Source: Pristiophorus japonicus (taxonomy: Eukaryota). Taken from it: a stretch of DNA of 64,000 nt. The notes under the pieces are model-generated. The model was given only the letters and a program-made list of their open reading frames with translations. It made no database searches and was not told the DNA's origin. The position numbers were made by a program, and so were the translations under genes. Position 1 is the first letter of the stretch; each line of letters opens with the position of its first letter. Positions 48,765-60,300 of this stretch are shown here, in pieces. Location: contig NC_091989.1 of assembly GCF_044704955.1 (NCBI RefSeq), positions 54,188,001 to 54,252,000 on the forward strand. The letters are read 5' to 3'.

Positions 48765-49110
48765 GCTAGGTATGACTCCAGCCAGTGGAGAGTTTTCCCC
48801 CTGATTTCCATTGACTTCAATTTTACTAGGGCTCCATGATGCCACACTCAGTCAAATCCTGCCGTGATGTCAAGGGCAGTCACTTTCATCTCACCTCTGG
48901 AATTCAGCTCTCCTGTCCATGTTTGGACCAAGGTTGTAATTAGGTTTGGAGTCAAGTGGTCCTGGCAGAACCCAAACTGAGCATCAGTGAGCAGGTTATT
49001 GGTGAGCAAGTGCTGCTTGATAGCACTGTCGATGATGCCTTCCATCACTTTGTGATGATTGAGAGCAGGTGGTAATTGGTCAGATTGGATTTGTCCTGCT
49101 TTTTGTGGGA
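48765..49110 (-). mobile_element. CR1/L2-type LINE RT fragment
   Basis: KVMEGIIDSAIKQHLLTNNLLTDAQFGF...ALDITAGFD..WHHGALVKL. Confidence 0.8.
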
Positions 49111-49291
49111 AGGTGATAGAGAATTCAAACAGGCTGCAAAGTTGAGAAAACACAGACCCCATGCCTACGTGAGAATGAGCACATTGCATTAAGTCATCAA
49201 TCAACTTAACATTTCAGGACTTTTGGCAGTGAGCCAATTAGGGATTAACAATATATCAATTGAGCCAATAAGGTCAAAGGAGGCGAGTTAA

Positions 49292-50014
49292 TAAGAACAT
49301 AATAAGAACATAAGAATTAGGAACAGGAGTAGGCCATCTAGTCCCTCGAGCCTGCTCTGCCATTCAATAAGATCATGGCTGATCTGGCCGTGGACTCAGC
49401 TCCACTTACCCGCCTTCTCCCCGTAACCCTTAATTCCCTTATTGGTTAAAAATCTATCTATCTGTGACTTGAATACATTCAATGAGCTAGCCTCAACTGC
49501 TTCCTTGGGCAGAGAATTCCACAGATTCACAACCCTCTGGGAGAAGAAATTCCTTCTCAACTCGGTTTTAAATTAGCTCTCCCGTATTTTGAGGCTGTGT
49601 CCCCTAGTTCTAGTCTCCCCTACCAGTGGATACAACCTCTCTGCCTCTATCTTGTCTATCCCTTTCATGATTTTAAATGTTTCTATAAGATCACCCCTCA
49701 TCCTTCTGAACTCCAACGAGTAAAGACCCAGTCTACTCAATCTATCATCATAAGGTAACCCCCTCATCTCCGGAATCAGCCTAGTGAATCGTCTCTGTAC
49801 CCCGTCCAAAGCCAGTATATCCTTCCTTAAGTAAGGTGACCAAAACTGCACGCAGTACTCCAGGTGCGGCCTTACCAATACCCTATACAGTTGCAGCAGG
49901 ACCTCCCTGCTTTTGTACTCCATCCCTCTCGCAATGAAGGCCAACATTCCATTCGCCTTCCTGATTACCTGCTGCACCTGCAAACTAACTTTTTGGGATT
50001 CATGCACAAGGACC
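49292..50014 (-). mobile_element. CR1 LINE 3' part, interrupted at the GVLVH motif by the Tx1 array
   Basis: VLVHESQKVSLQVQQVIRKANGMLAFIARG...HLEYCVQFWSP with a (TTATGTTC)n tail at ~49292-49315. Confidence 0.95.
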
Positions 50015-50094
50015 TTGTAAATGTCTGGTGTGTCACCCAGGTCGGGTGGCACGATTTAATGTTTTATGTTTTTGCAGGTAGACTCTAAAAGAGT
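50015..50094 (+). mobile_element. 5'-truncated (80 bp) Tx1 family B copy
   Basis: Matches the 3' end of the full copy (57160-57238). Flanked by TTCATGCACAAGGACC on both sides. Confidence 0.85.
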
Positions 50095-51026
50095 TTCATG
50101 CACAAGGACCAATTGTGGAGCAGTGGAGGCGTGTCCTGCTCAGTAGGAGCTGAGCTGCAGAGAGAGGAGCAGCTATCAACCTGTGCTCCTGCCTGGAGAG
50201 CCCTGAGATCAGCCCAGGAAGAGCAGGAAGGAAGGGGCTTCACCACCAACTTTCGCCCAGAGGGAGAGGAGGAAGCAGAAAACTTTTAAACAACATTTTA
50301 CCATTCTGCAAAGAGTTGGAGAGAGGGGGAAAGACCAACAAACATCCAGTGTGGAAGGAGGGAGACTCTACTATTTCTACAGGTGGGTGTATTGGTGCAG
50401 TCCCAAAAAGACTTTGTTGAATCGGTGGGGGGAGGAAAGAAGACCTCTGAGGGCCGGAACATCGCGGGGGGTGTGTGTGTGTGGAAGTGTGTGTGGGGGC
50501 CTTGCTACAACTAGGCCCCACACACAATTGAACCCACCCCCCCAATTGTCTAGCCTGGGATAGCTGGAGCTACCAGGCTCAAGAATTTCATCACCTAATT
50601 AAACATCGTTGGGAGTGTGTGCCTGGTTGGCTCTAGCTGCCCCAGGTGAAGACATCTTCTCCCCTCACCTGAAGACCATCCCAAAGACTGTGTTTGTGTT
50701 TTTGCCATCTGGGGATTGCACCCACCCACAGCTGCGAGGGGAGACCTGACCTCGCAGTTCCCCCCCCCCCTTCCCACCCCCCTCTCTCTTTCTCTGTTAT
50801 TCTCTGTTTCTCCCCTCTCTCTCTGAGACCCCTTCCTCCTAAAGTAAAAAAAAAGATAAAACAATTAAGACAACTGAGCAGAGGGAGCAAGGCCCCTCCC
50901 CAATTGCCAACTAGGGGAGAGGTGCCTCGTTAAGAGCTCCTCTGCTCAGTCAAATCAAACGAGGCCAATCAAGACCATTAAGGCCTGTGACTTTGGGGTG
51001 GGTGTAGCCCTTAAAGGGACCCCGTG

Positions 51027-53113
51027 ATGGCGACCCCATCCACGCCGGTGGCAGGGCCAGCAAGAACATATGCGCAGGTGGCAACCGCTTCCACGGCACC
51101 TCCTGTGCCACCTGCTGCCCTGCCACCCTTATTACTAAAAAACACGGGGTCAAGAGCTACACTCACCCCACAATGACCATCGAGGAGTGCGTGCGGGCGA
51201 TGGCTGGGGTAGTCGGCCCCTCGGCCATTGTCGCAGCCTCCAAGATGTCTGGGAAGGCCATGTTCTTCCTGGGGTCGGAGCGGGCGGTGTCCCTGGCCCT
51301 CGAAAAGGGGCTCACGGTGGGCGGGACGTTCCTGCCGGTGGACCCTCTCGAGGCCACCGCGCAGAGGGTCATCATATCGAACGTCCCGCCCTTTGTTCCC
51401 GCTGAGCTCCTCCTCCCTCACCTACACCAACTGGAGGAGGTAAGGTCGGGGATCAACCCCATACCGCTTGGCCTCCGGGAGAACAGCCTGCGCCACGTGT
51501 TCTCCTTCCGCCGCCAGCTCTTTGTCCGGCTGGCGGGGGAGGAGACGACAGAGGGTTATTTTAATGTGGTGCACGAGGGGACTGCCTACCGCGTCTTTTG
51601 GACGTCGGACGGCGTGCGGTGCCATGCCTGCAGGGAGGTGGGGCACGTTCGCAAGAACTGCCCCGCCTCCAAGGCCGCCAAACCACCGAAGGCGGCCAAG
51701 GCTGGCGCCGCCGCCACCCCTCCCCCTAGATGCGTCCGCGTGCCGGGAGCCGTAGGTGCGCGAGCATCGCCGGGGGCCGATGCTTTGACGGCCTCTGGCG
51801 GGGGGGAGGGATTGCGTCCGACCAGAAAGAAGGCGCGGAAGAAGGCAAAACATCCAGAGGCGGATCCCCTCAGTGCGCCAGAAAATATGACCACCGCGCT
51901 CAGCCCAACCCCGTCACCGGCGAGCGCGGAGTGCCCTGAGCCCGTGCCTGAGCGCTTGACCAATATCGCAGAGGGGCCCGGGCGCGGGCAAGAAAAGGAA
52001 AAGGGGGGGGCGGAGCGGGAGGCCTCGGCAGACATGGAGGTCTCCCTGCCTTCGCGCACCCCCAGGAACAAAAAGAGGCACCGCCCCAATGAGGCGGAGG
52101 GGGAACAACATCCCTCCGCGGAGGAGGCGGTGCCCGCCGCGTGTCCCGCGTCCCCCACCAGCGCCCCCAAATTGCGCTGCAGGCGCGAGGAGTCTGTCCC
52201 CGGGGAGGGTGAGACAGTCGAGGCTGCCCAGCCGCTGCCTCCTGGGGAGGGCGTGGAAGATCTGCCTGTCGTGGGGGGCGTGGGGCCGGCGGAAGAATGC
52301 GTAGCCGCCGGGTCGAGCATCCCGGGGACTGAGGCGGGCGGGGCCGAAAAGGCCGAACCTGAGCCCGCCCAGCCAATACCCAACTTCCCCCGGGATTTGC
52401 TCGACTCGGCAGAAACTGAAAATTTTAACATACATCCACACGCTGGGCCGGGGGTTGGCGGCGGGGAGGGGGAAGAACAACAACTCTCGCCCCCTACTTT
52501 GGAGCTGAGGGACTTGGTGGACCTGGAGAATTTTCTAAACCAGGTCTCTCCGTGTTCCCCGGCTCCTGGGGCGGAGGAGGAACCCCTTCCGTTGTCGCTT
52601 CCCGACCCAGCACCAATTTTAAAAGAGCCCAGTGGGGACTCCTCTGCCGACGATCCTGGGGGTGGGATCGGGGCAGAGCCAGGGCCAGATGGAGCGGCCG
52701 GGCCATTTGCCGTACCTCGTGCGGTCGACGGGCCGGCTGCTAGCGGCGACCTCCCGGAGGGGGACGGGGACTCGGTGGAGGACGCGGGTGAAGATCTCGA
52801 GTCCATCGCCAGTGAGGCGGTGGATCTGCTCGCGGCCGCCACTGAGACCCTCCTCATTCCCGCAGAGGAACTCCGGGACTTTTTGGTCCAGTGCCGGGGT
52901 CGCCGCGACCAAGCCCGTCTGGCCCTGGAAAGATGGTCCGAGCCGGGGCTGCTCGTCGCGTCCGTCCGCGCCGCCGCTAAAACCATGGCCGCAGGCGGGC
53001 CCTTGTCAAAGGCTCAAGGCCTTGAGCTGCGCCGACTCAAAAAGTTCCTCGCTGGGCTGCTGAAGGAGTGGAGGTCAACAAACGACTCCACTCCCCCCCC
53101 CACAATAGGTTAA
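51027..53113 (+). pseudogene. Tx1-B ORF1 copy 1 (small deletion near 51130; open from 51173)
   Basis: RVIISNVPPFVP, VFSFRRQ, knuckle CHACREVGHVRKNC. Comparison with copy 2 shows the frameshift. Confidence 0.9.
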
Positions 53114-53139
53114 GGTAGAGGTTGCACTATGCTCTAGTC

Positions 53140-56100
53140 ATGAAGATAACCATAGCCAGCCTCAACATCAACGGCGGCAGAGGGGCACGCCATAGATTTG
53201 ACAATTTTTCGCTCCTGCGGGAGGGGAAATATGCGGTGTGCTTCCTGCAAGAAACTCACACCATTCCGGGAGACGAAGCCACGTGGCTCCTGGAATGGCA
53301 AGGAGAGGTCCGCATGAGCCACCTCACCGCCATTTCTAGTGGGGTGGCCATCTTGCTGGGCCCGCATTTTCAGCCGGAGATCTTGGGGGTCGAGGAGCCC
53401 ATGCCAGGCCGCTTGCTGCACGTAACGGTTCGCCTGGGGGACGTGCCGCTCCATCTCGTGAACGTGTACGCCCCTCAGCCTCGTCCGCAGCAAACGCGCT
53501 TCTTTGAAGAGGTGTCCGCTCTTCTTGGCTCTGTCGACGTCGGCGACTGCATTGTCCTCGGGGGGGATTTTAACTGCACCCTCGAGGCGAGGGACCGCTC
53601 CGGTGCCCTGCAGTGCATTACGGCGATGGAGAAGTTGAGGGACCTGGTCGGGTCCTTCGACTTGGTGGGCGTCTGGCGAAATCTCCACCCCGACTCCAGC
53701 GCCTTTACTTGGGTGAGGCCTGGAGTAGGATGGTCCAGAGTCGACCGCCTTTACGTGTCTCGGGCGTACGTTTCCTGCGTCCCGGCGGCCTCCATGTGGC
53801 CGGTGCCGTGTTCGGACCACCACCTGGTGTGGGCGGAGCTCGCTTCGCTCCGCGCGAGGACGGGGTCCGCGTACTGGCACTTTAACAACCAGCTGCTGGA
53901 GGACGTGCGGTTCCAGGACTCGTTCCGTCGATTCTGGGCCGACTGGAGAAGGAAGCAGGGGGGCTTCCCCTCCTTGAGGCTATGGTGGGACGTGGGCAAG
54001 GCTCACGTCTGCGTCTTCTGTCAACAGTACGCGAGGGGGTCGACCAAGAGGCGGGCGGCCAGGGTCGGGCGCCTAGAAAAAGAGGTGCTCGACCTGGAAT
54101 CCCGTCTCGGTCAAGTCGTCCAGGACCCGGCCCTGCGGACGGTGTACGAAGCGAAGAAGGCCGCGCTGAAGGACCTGCAGCTCGTCGGGTCCCGAGGCGC
54201 GTTCGTGAGGTCGCGGATCCGGTTCATGCGGGACCTGGACCGCGGCTCCCCCTTCTTCTACTCGCTGGAAAAAAGGCAGAGTGTCCGTAAGCAGCTCTTG
54301 ACGCTGCTGGCCGACGACGGCTCTCTCGTCTCGAATCCGGAGGGCGTCAACAACAGGGCCCGTGAATATTACGGGGCTCTGTTCTCTCCGGATCCGTCCA
54401 GCGAGGAAGCGCGTAGAGTTTTGTGGGAGGACCTGCCAAAGGTCAACCCGGAGGGCGCCGAAAATCTGGAAGCTCCGCTAAGCCTGGCGGAGCTGACCGG
54501 TGCCCTCGACCGGCTCTCGAGGGGAAAATCCCCGGGGCTGGACGGGCTGACCGTGGAGTTCCACAGGGCGTTCTGGGACGTCCTGGGGGGCGACTACGCG
54601 CGGGTCCTGGGGGAAAGTCTGGCGACCGGGGAGATGCCCCTCTCTTGGCGTAGGGCAGTCATCGTCCTGCTGCCTAAGAAGGGCGATCTCCGCCTCCTTA
54701 AGAACTGGCGCCCGGTCTCCCTCCTCAGCACGGACTACAAAATTTTTGCCAGGGCGATGTCTGCTCGCCTTGGTGCCGTGCTGGACCACATGATCCACCC
54801 CGACCAGTCCTACACGGTCCCGGGCCGGACAATCCACGATAACATCCATCTGGTCCGGGACCTCATCCATTGTTCCCAGGAGGCTGGTCTGTCGGTCGCC
54901 TTCCTATCCCTCGACCAAGAGAAGGCATTCGACAGGGTGGATCACGACTATCTGCTCGGAACTCTGCGCGCTTTCGGGTTCGGGACGCATTTCGTCGCCC
55001 GGATCCGACTTTTGTACGCCGCCGCGGAGTGTCTGATTAAGGTTAACGGGTCCTTGATGGCGCCCCTTCGCTTTAGGAGAGGGGTGCGCCAGGGATGCCC
55101 CATGTCCGGCCAGTTATACGCCGTTTGCGTGGAGCCTTTCCTGCGCCTCTTGCGGACGAGGTTGACGGGACTGGCTCTGCAAGGGCCGGGCGTGGAGGTC
55201 GTCCTCTCGGCTTACGCCGATGACGTGCTCCTCGCGGTAGAGGATCCCGCTGACCTGCGGAGGATGCGTGAGTGCCAGGAGATTTACTCGGCCGCGTCCT
55301 CCGCCAGGATCAACTGGGAGAAATGTTCCGGACTCCTGGTGGGTCAGTGGCAGGTGGACTCCCTGCCGGAGGAGCTCAGGCCTTTTGTCTGGAGCACGAC
55401 CCATCTCCTCTATCTGGGAGTCTACCTTAGCCCCGACGAGGGAGCCTGGCCGGCGAACTGGCAGGAGCTGGAGGCCAAGGTCGCCGCTCGCCTAGGGTGC
55501 TGGACAGGACTGCTCCGAGTGCTGTCCTACAGGGGTCGAGTGCTAGTCATAAACCAGCTGGTGGCCGCAATGCTGTGGTACCGGCTGGTCACTTTGACCC
55601 CTACCCCTGCGTTCAGAGGAAGCTGGTGGACTTCTTCTGAAACAACAGGAAGCACTGGGTCTCTGCTGCGGTCTTGAGTCTCCCGCTTGAGGAGGGCGGT
55701 CAGTCGTTGGTGTGCGTCAGCGCCCAGCTCGCGACTTTCCATCTTCAGACCCTGCAGAGATACCTTTACGTTGAGCCCCCTCCTAGGTGGTGTGCTCTGG
55801 CGAGGTATTTCTTCCGCCAGCAGCGCGACCTCAATTATGACACGCAGCTCCTGTTTGTGAACTTGGGGGGTGCCAGGACCGCCCTCCGGGAGCTGCCTGT
55901 CTTTTACAGGGAACTCATCAGGGTCTGGAACAAAGTCTCCACCAAGCGCAGCTCTCCGCCGGCTGGAGTGGCGGCCGTCCTGCAGGAGCCGCTGCTCGGG
56001 AATCCGTACCTCCACGACCGAGGTTTTATGTGGCGGTCGGAAGAGAGGGCTGTGGCTGGTGAGGTGACCAGGGTCAGGGACCTGCTCGATGGCGGAGGAG

Positions 56101-57025
56101 CGGGCTGGATGGCGCCAGACACGCTGGCGCAGCGCCTAAATTCTGCCAACGTCCGCCACGCGGCCAATGCCATCGAGTCGCTAAAAACAGCTCTGGGCCC
56201 TGACTCCGTTAGGTGGATCGAGGAGGCTCAAGCACGTGGGGAGATCCCGTCCGAACTGACCCCCGTCCGGACGGAATTCCTCATCGGCGCCAAACCCCGG
56301 AACCTCCCTCGGGGGCCGGCGCCTCACAACTTGAGCCGCCTCGGGGAAATCCCCTCCGTGCCTTTCAGTTCCGCGCGGAGGGGTTTCCTGTACGGGCTGC
56401 TCCTGCACACTCTCAACTTTGCCATCCTCGCCGGCCGTCCGAACACGCCATGGCGTACCATCTTGCCGTCCGGAGGAGGCGGGGGTCCCCGATGGAGGGC
56501 ACTCTACGCAGGGGTCCTCCCACTATTCATCGGGGACTTGGCATGGAGGGTCGTGCACGGAGCAGTGCCGTGCAATAAATTTTTAAGCCGGTTCACAGAC
56601 TCCCAGGCCGCCTGCAATTTCTGCGGTCTGGAGGAGTCCGTGTTCCATGTTTTTATTGAGTGCACGAGGTTGCAGCCCCTGTTCCATTATTTGAAGGGGC
56701 TGCTCCTGAAATTCTGGCTGCACTTCAGTCCCACTCTCCTGATATTGGGCACCCTGTGCGGAGGGGAGCGGGTAGGTCCGAAGGCCTCCTCGTAGGACTG
56801 CTTCTGGGCACGGCCAAGGGTGCCATCAGCCGGTCCAGGCAGCAGGCGGTCGAGGGGGTCGTTCAACCTGACTGCCTGCCTCTCTTCCGCTCTTACATCC
56901 GGTCCAGGGTGTCCTTGGAGATGGAGCACGCGGTGTCCACCGGTACGCTCGCGGCCTTCCGCAAGAGGTGGGCACCGGAGGGACTGGAGTGCATCATCAC
57001 GCCCGGCAACCAAATTTTAATTTGA
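53140..57025 (+). pseudogene. Tx1-B ORF2 copy 1 (APE, RT, Zn), frameshifts near 55612 and 56747
   Basis: IASLNING, LQETH, GDFN, SDHH, KSPGLDG, DQEKAFDRV, RQGCP, YADD, CNFCGLEESVFHVFIEC. Confidence 0.95.
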
Positions 57026-58174
57026 TTTTACGTTTTAAAGTTTATTTTATTTTAATTGCCGGTGCTTTTAGTGTCCCCCTCTCCTTTTATAGGGGGCACT
57101 GGAAAAAGGAAAAAATTTGATTTTAGTGTCCAAAAAAAAACCAAAAAAAAAAAATGGCCTTGTAAATGTCTGGTGTGTCATCCAGGTCGGGTGGCACGGA
57201 TACATGTTTTATGTTTTGCAGGTAGACTCTAAAAGAGTTTCATGCACAAGGACCAATTGTGGAGCAGTGGAGGCGTGTCCTGCTCAGTTGGAGCTGTGAG
57301 CAGTGAGGAGAGCAGCTATCAACCTTAGCTCCTGCCTGGAGTGAGCCCTGAGACCAGCCGAGAAAGAGAAGGAAGGAAGGGGCTTCACCACCAACTTTCA
57401 CCCAGAGGGAGAGGAGGAGAAAAGAAAACTTTTACTCACTTTTACCATTTCTACAAGGAGTTTGAGAGAGGGGGAAAGACCAAAACAACATCCAGTGTGG
57501 AAGGAGGGAGACTCTACTATTTCTACAGGTGGGTGTGGGTGCATTTCCCAAGAGACTTTGTTGTATCGGTGGGGGGAGGAAAGAAGACCACTGAGGGCCG
57601 GAACATCGCGGGGGGTGTGTGTGTGTGGAAGTGTGTGGGGGGGCCTTGCTACAACTAGACCCCACACACAACTGACCCCCCCCCCCAATTGCCTAGCCTG
57701 GGATAGCTGGAGCTACCAGGCTGAAGATTTCTTTAATCACCCACTGAACATCGTTAGGAGTGTGTGCCTGGTGGCTCTGGCTGCCCCAGGTGAAGACGTC
57801 TTCTCCCCCCACCTGAAGACCAATCCAAAGACTGTGTTTTTGTGTTTTGCCATCTGGGGAGTGCACCCACCCACAGCTGCGAGGAGAGACTTGCCCTCGC
57901 AGTTCCCCCCCCCCACCTTCCCACCCCCTCTCTCTTTCTCCGTTACTCTCTGTTTCTCCCCTCTCTCTCTGAGACCCCTTCCTCCTAAATTTAAAAAAAA
58001 CAACAAAACAATTGAGACAACTGAGCAGAGGGAGCAAGGCCCCTCCCCAATTGCCAACTAGGGGAGAGGTGCCTCGTTAAGAGCTCCTCTGCTCAGTCTT
58101 TTAGATAAGAGGCCAATTAAGACCATTAAGGCCTGTGACTTTGGGGTGGGTGTAGCCCTTAAAGGGACCCCGTG

Positions 58175-60274
58175 ATGGCGACCCCATCCACGCCGGTGGC
58201 AGGGCCAGCGAAGACATATGCGCAGGTGGCAACCGCTTCCACGGCACCTCCTGCGCCACCCGCTGCCCTGCCACCATTCAGATTAATTACCAGAAAACAC
58301 GGGGTCAAGAGCTACACTCACCCCACAATGAGCATTGAGGAGTGCGTGCGGGCGATGGCTGGGGTAGTCGGCCCCTCGGCCATTGTCGCGGCCTCCAAGA
58401 TGTCTGGGAAGGCTGCTTTCTTCCTGGGGTCGGAGCGGGCGGTGTCCCTGGCCCTTGAAAAGGGGCTCACGGTGGGCGGGACGTTCCTGCCGGTGGACCC
58501 TCTCGAGGCCACCGCGCAGAGGGTCATCGTTTCAAACGTCCCGCCCTTTGTTCCCGCTGAGCTCCTCCTCCCTCACCTACACCAACTGGGGGAGGTAAGG
58601 TCAGGGATCAACCCCATACCGCTCGGCCTCAGGGAGAACAGCCTGCGCCACGTGTTCTCCTTCCGCCGCCAGCTCTTTGTCCGGCTGGCGCGGGAGGAGA
58701 CGACGGAGGGGAACTTTAATGTGGTGCACGAGGGGACTGCCTACCGCGTCTTTTGGACGTCGGACGGCGTGCGGTGCCATGCCTGCAGGGAGGTGGGGCA
58801 CGTTCGCAAGAACTGCCCCGCCTCCAAGGCCGCCAAACCACCGAAGGCGGCCAAGGCTGGCGCCGCCGCCACCCCTCCCCCTAGTTGCGTCCGCGTGCCG
58901 GGAGCCGTAGGTGCGCGGGCATCGTCGGAGGCCTTTGTTTTCAGGGCCTCCGGCGGGGGGGAGGGAGAGCGTCCGAACGGAAAGAAGGCGCAGAACAAGG
59001 AGAAACATCTAGAGGCGGGTCCCCTCAGTGCGACAGAAAGATTGACCACCGCGCTCGGCCCAACCCAGCCACCGGCGAGCGCGGGGTGCCCTGAGCCCGT
59101 GCCCGAGCCCTTGAACAACACCGCAGAGGGGCCCGGGCGCGGGCAAGAAAAGGAAAAGGGGGGGGCGGAGCGGGAGGCCTCGGCAGACATGGAGGTCTCC
59201 CTGCCTCAGCGCACCTCCAGCAACAAAAGGAGGCGCCGCTCCGTTGAGGCGGAGGGGGAACAACATCCCTCCGCGGAGGAGTCGGTGCCCGCCGCGTGTC
59301 CCGCGTCCCCCACCAGCGCCCCCAAGCAGCGCCGTAGGCGCGAGGAGTCTTTCCCCGGGGAGGGTGAGGCAGTCGAGGCTGCCCAGCCTCTGCCTCCCGG
59401 GGATGGCGTGGAAGATCTGCCTGTCGTGGGGGGCGTGGGGACCGCGGAGGAATGCATTGCCGCCGGGCCGGGCGACCCGGGGACTGAGGCGGGCGGGGCC
59501 GAAAAGGTCGAACCTGAGCCCGCCCAGCCAATACCCAACTTCCCCCGGGAGTCGCTCGACCCGGCAGAAACCAAAACAAATGTTTTTTATGACACTGTAG
59601 ATGCTGGGCCGGGGGGTGGCAGCGGGGAGGGGGAGGAACACCCACCCTCGCCCCTTGCTTTGGAGCTGGAGCACTTGGGGAGCCTGGGGATTTCCTATGG
59701 CCGGGTCACTTCTTGTTCCCTGGATCCTGGGGCGGAGGGGGAACCCCTTTCGCTGTCATTTCCCGACCCAGCACCATTTTTAAAAGAGTCCAGTGGGGAC
59801 TCCTCTGCTGACGATCCTGGGGGTGGGATCGGGGCAGAGCCAGGGCCGGTTGGAGCGGCCGGGTCATTTGCCGTACCTTGTGCGGTCGATGGGCCGGCTG
59901 CTGGCGGCCACCTCCCGGAGGAGGACGGGGACTCGGTGGGGGACGCGGGTGAAAACCTAGAGACCACCGCCAGCGAGGCAGTGGATCTGCTCGCGGCCGC
60001 CGCCGAGACCATCCTCATTCCTGCAAAGGAACTCCGGGACTTTTTAGCCCAGAGCCGGGGTCGCTGCAACCAAGCCCGACTGGCCCTGGAAAAATGGTCC
60101 GAGCCAGAGCTGATCAAGGGGTCCGTCCGCGCCGCCGTTAAAACCTTGGCCGCGGGCGGGCCCTTGACAAAGGCGCAACACCTTGAGCTGTGCGAGCTCG
60201 AGGGACTCCTCGCTGGGCTGCGGAGGGAGCGGAGTTCAACAAAAGACTCCACTCCCTCCCCCACAATAGGTTAA
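58175..60274 (+). CDS. Tx1-B ORF1 copy 2, intact (~699 aa)
   Basis: Uninterrupted ORF MATPSTPVAG... with a CCHC knuckle. Confidence 0.9.
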   Translation: MATPSTPVAGPAKTYAQVATASTAPPAPPAALPPFRLITRKHGVKSYTHPTMSIEECVRAMAGVVGPSAIVAASKMSGKAAFFLGSERAVSLALEKGLTVGGTFLPVDPLEATAQRVIVSNVPPFVPAELLLPHLHQLGEVRSGINPIPLGLRENSLRHVFSFRRQLFVRLAREETTEGNFNVVHEGTAYRVFWTSDGVRCHACREVGHVRKNCPASKAAKPPKAAKAGAAATPPPSCVRVPGAVGARASSEAFVFRASGGGEGERPNGKKAQNKEKHLEAGPLSATERLTTALGPTQPPASAGCPEPVPEPLNNTAEGPGRGQEKEKGGAEREASADMEVSLPQRTSSNKRRRRSVEAEGEQHPSAEESVPAACPASPTSAPKQRRRREESFPGEGEAVEAAQPLPPGDGVEDLPVVGGVGTAEECIAAGPGDPGTEAGGAEKVEPEPAQPIPNFPRESLDPAETKTNVFYDTVDAGPGGGSGEGEEHPPSPLALELEHLGSLGISYGRVTSCSLDPGAEGEPLSLSFPDPAPFLKESSGDSSADDPGGGIGAEPGPVGAAGSFAVPCAVDGPAAGGHLPEEDGDSVGDAGENLETTASEAVDLLAAAAETILIPAKELRDFLAQSRGRCNQARLALEKWSEPELIKGSVRAAVKTLAAGGPLTKAQHLELCELEGLLAGLRRERSSTKDSTPSPTIG

Positions 60275-60300
60275 GGTAGAGGTTGCACTATGCTTTTGCC

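Larger units (their letters stand above)
50111..57238 (+). mobile_element. Full-length Tx1 family B LINE, copy 1 (7.1 kb)
   Basis: 5' UTR, ORF1, ORF2 and 3' UTR between 16-bp direct repeats at 50095-50110 and 57239-57254. Confidence 0.95.

Noticed and set aside
50015-50110. U2 snRNA or other small-RNA target of Tx1-B
   Set aside because: The segment matches the element's own 3' UTR plus CR1 sequence. No snRNA motif was recognised.
51586-52986. 466-aa antisense ORF and other overlapping ORFs in Tx1-B
   Set aside because: Shadow frames of GC-rich ORF1/ORF2. The equivalent frame is broken in copy 2.
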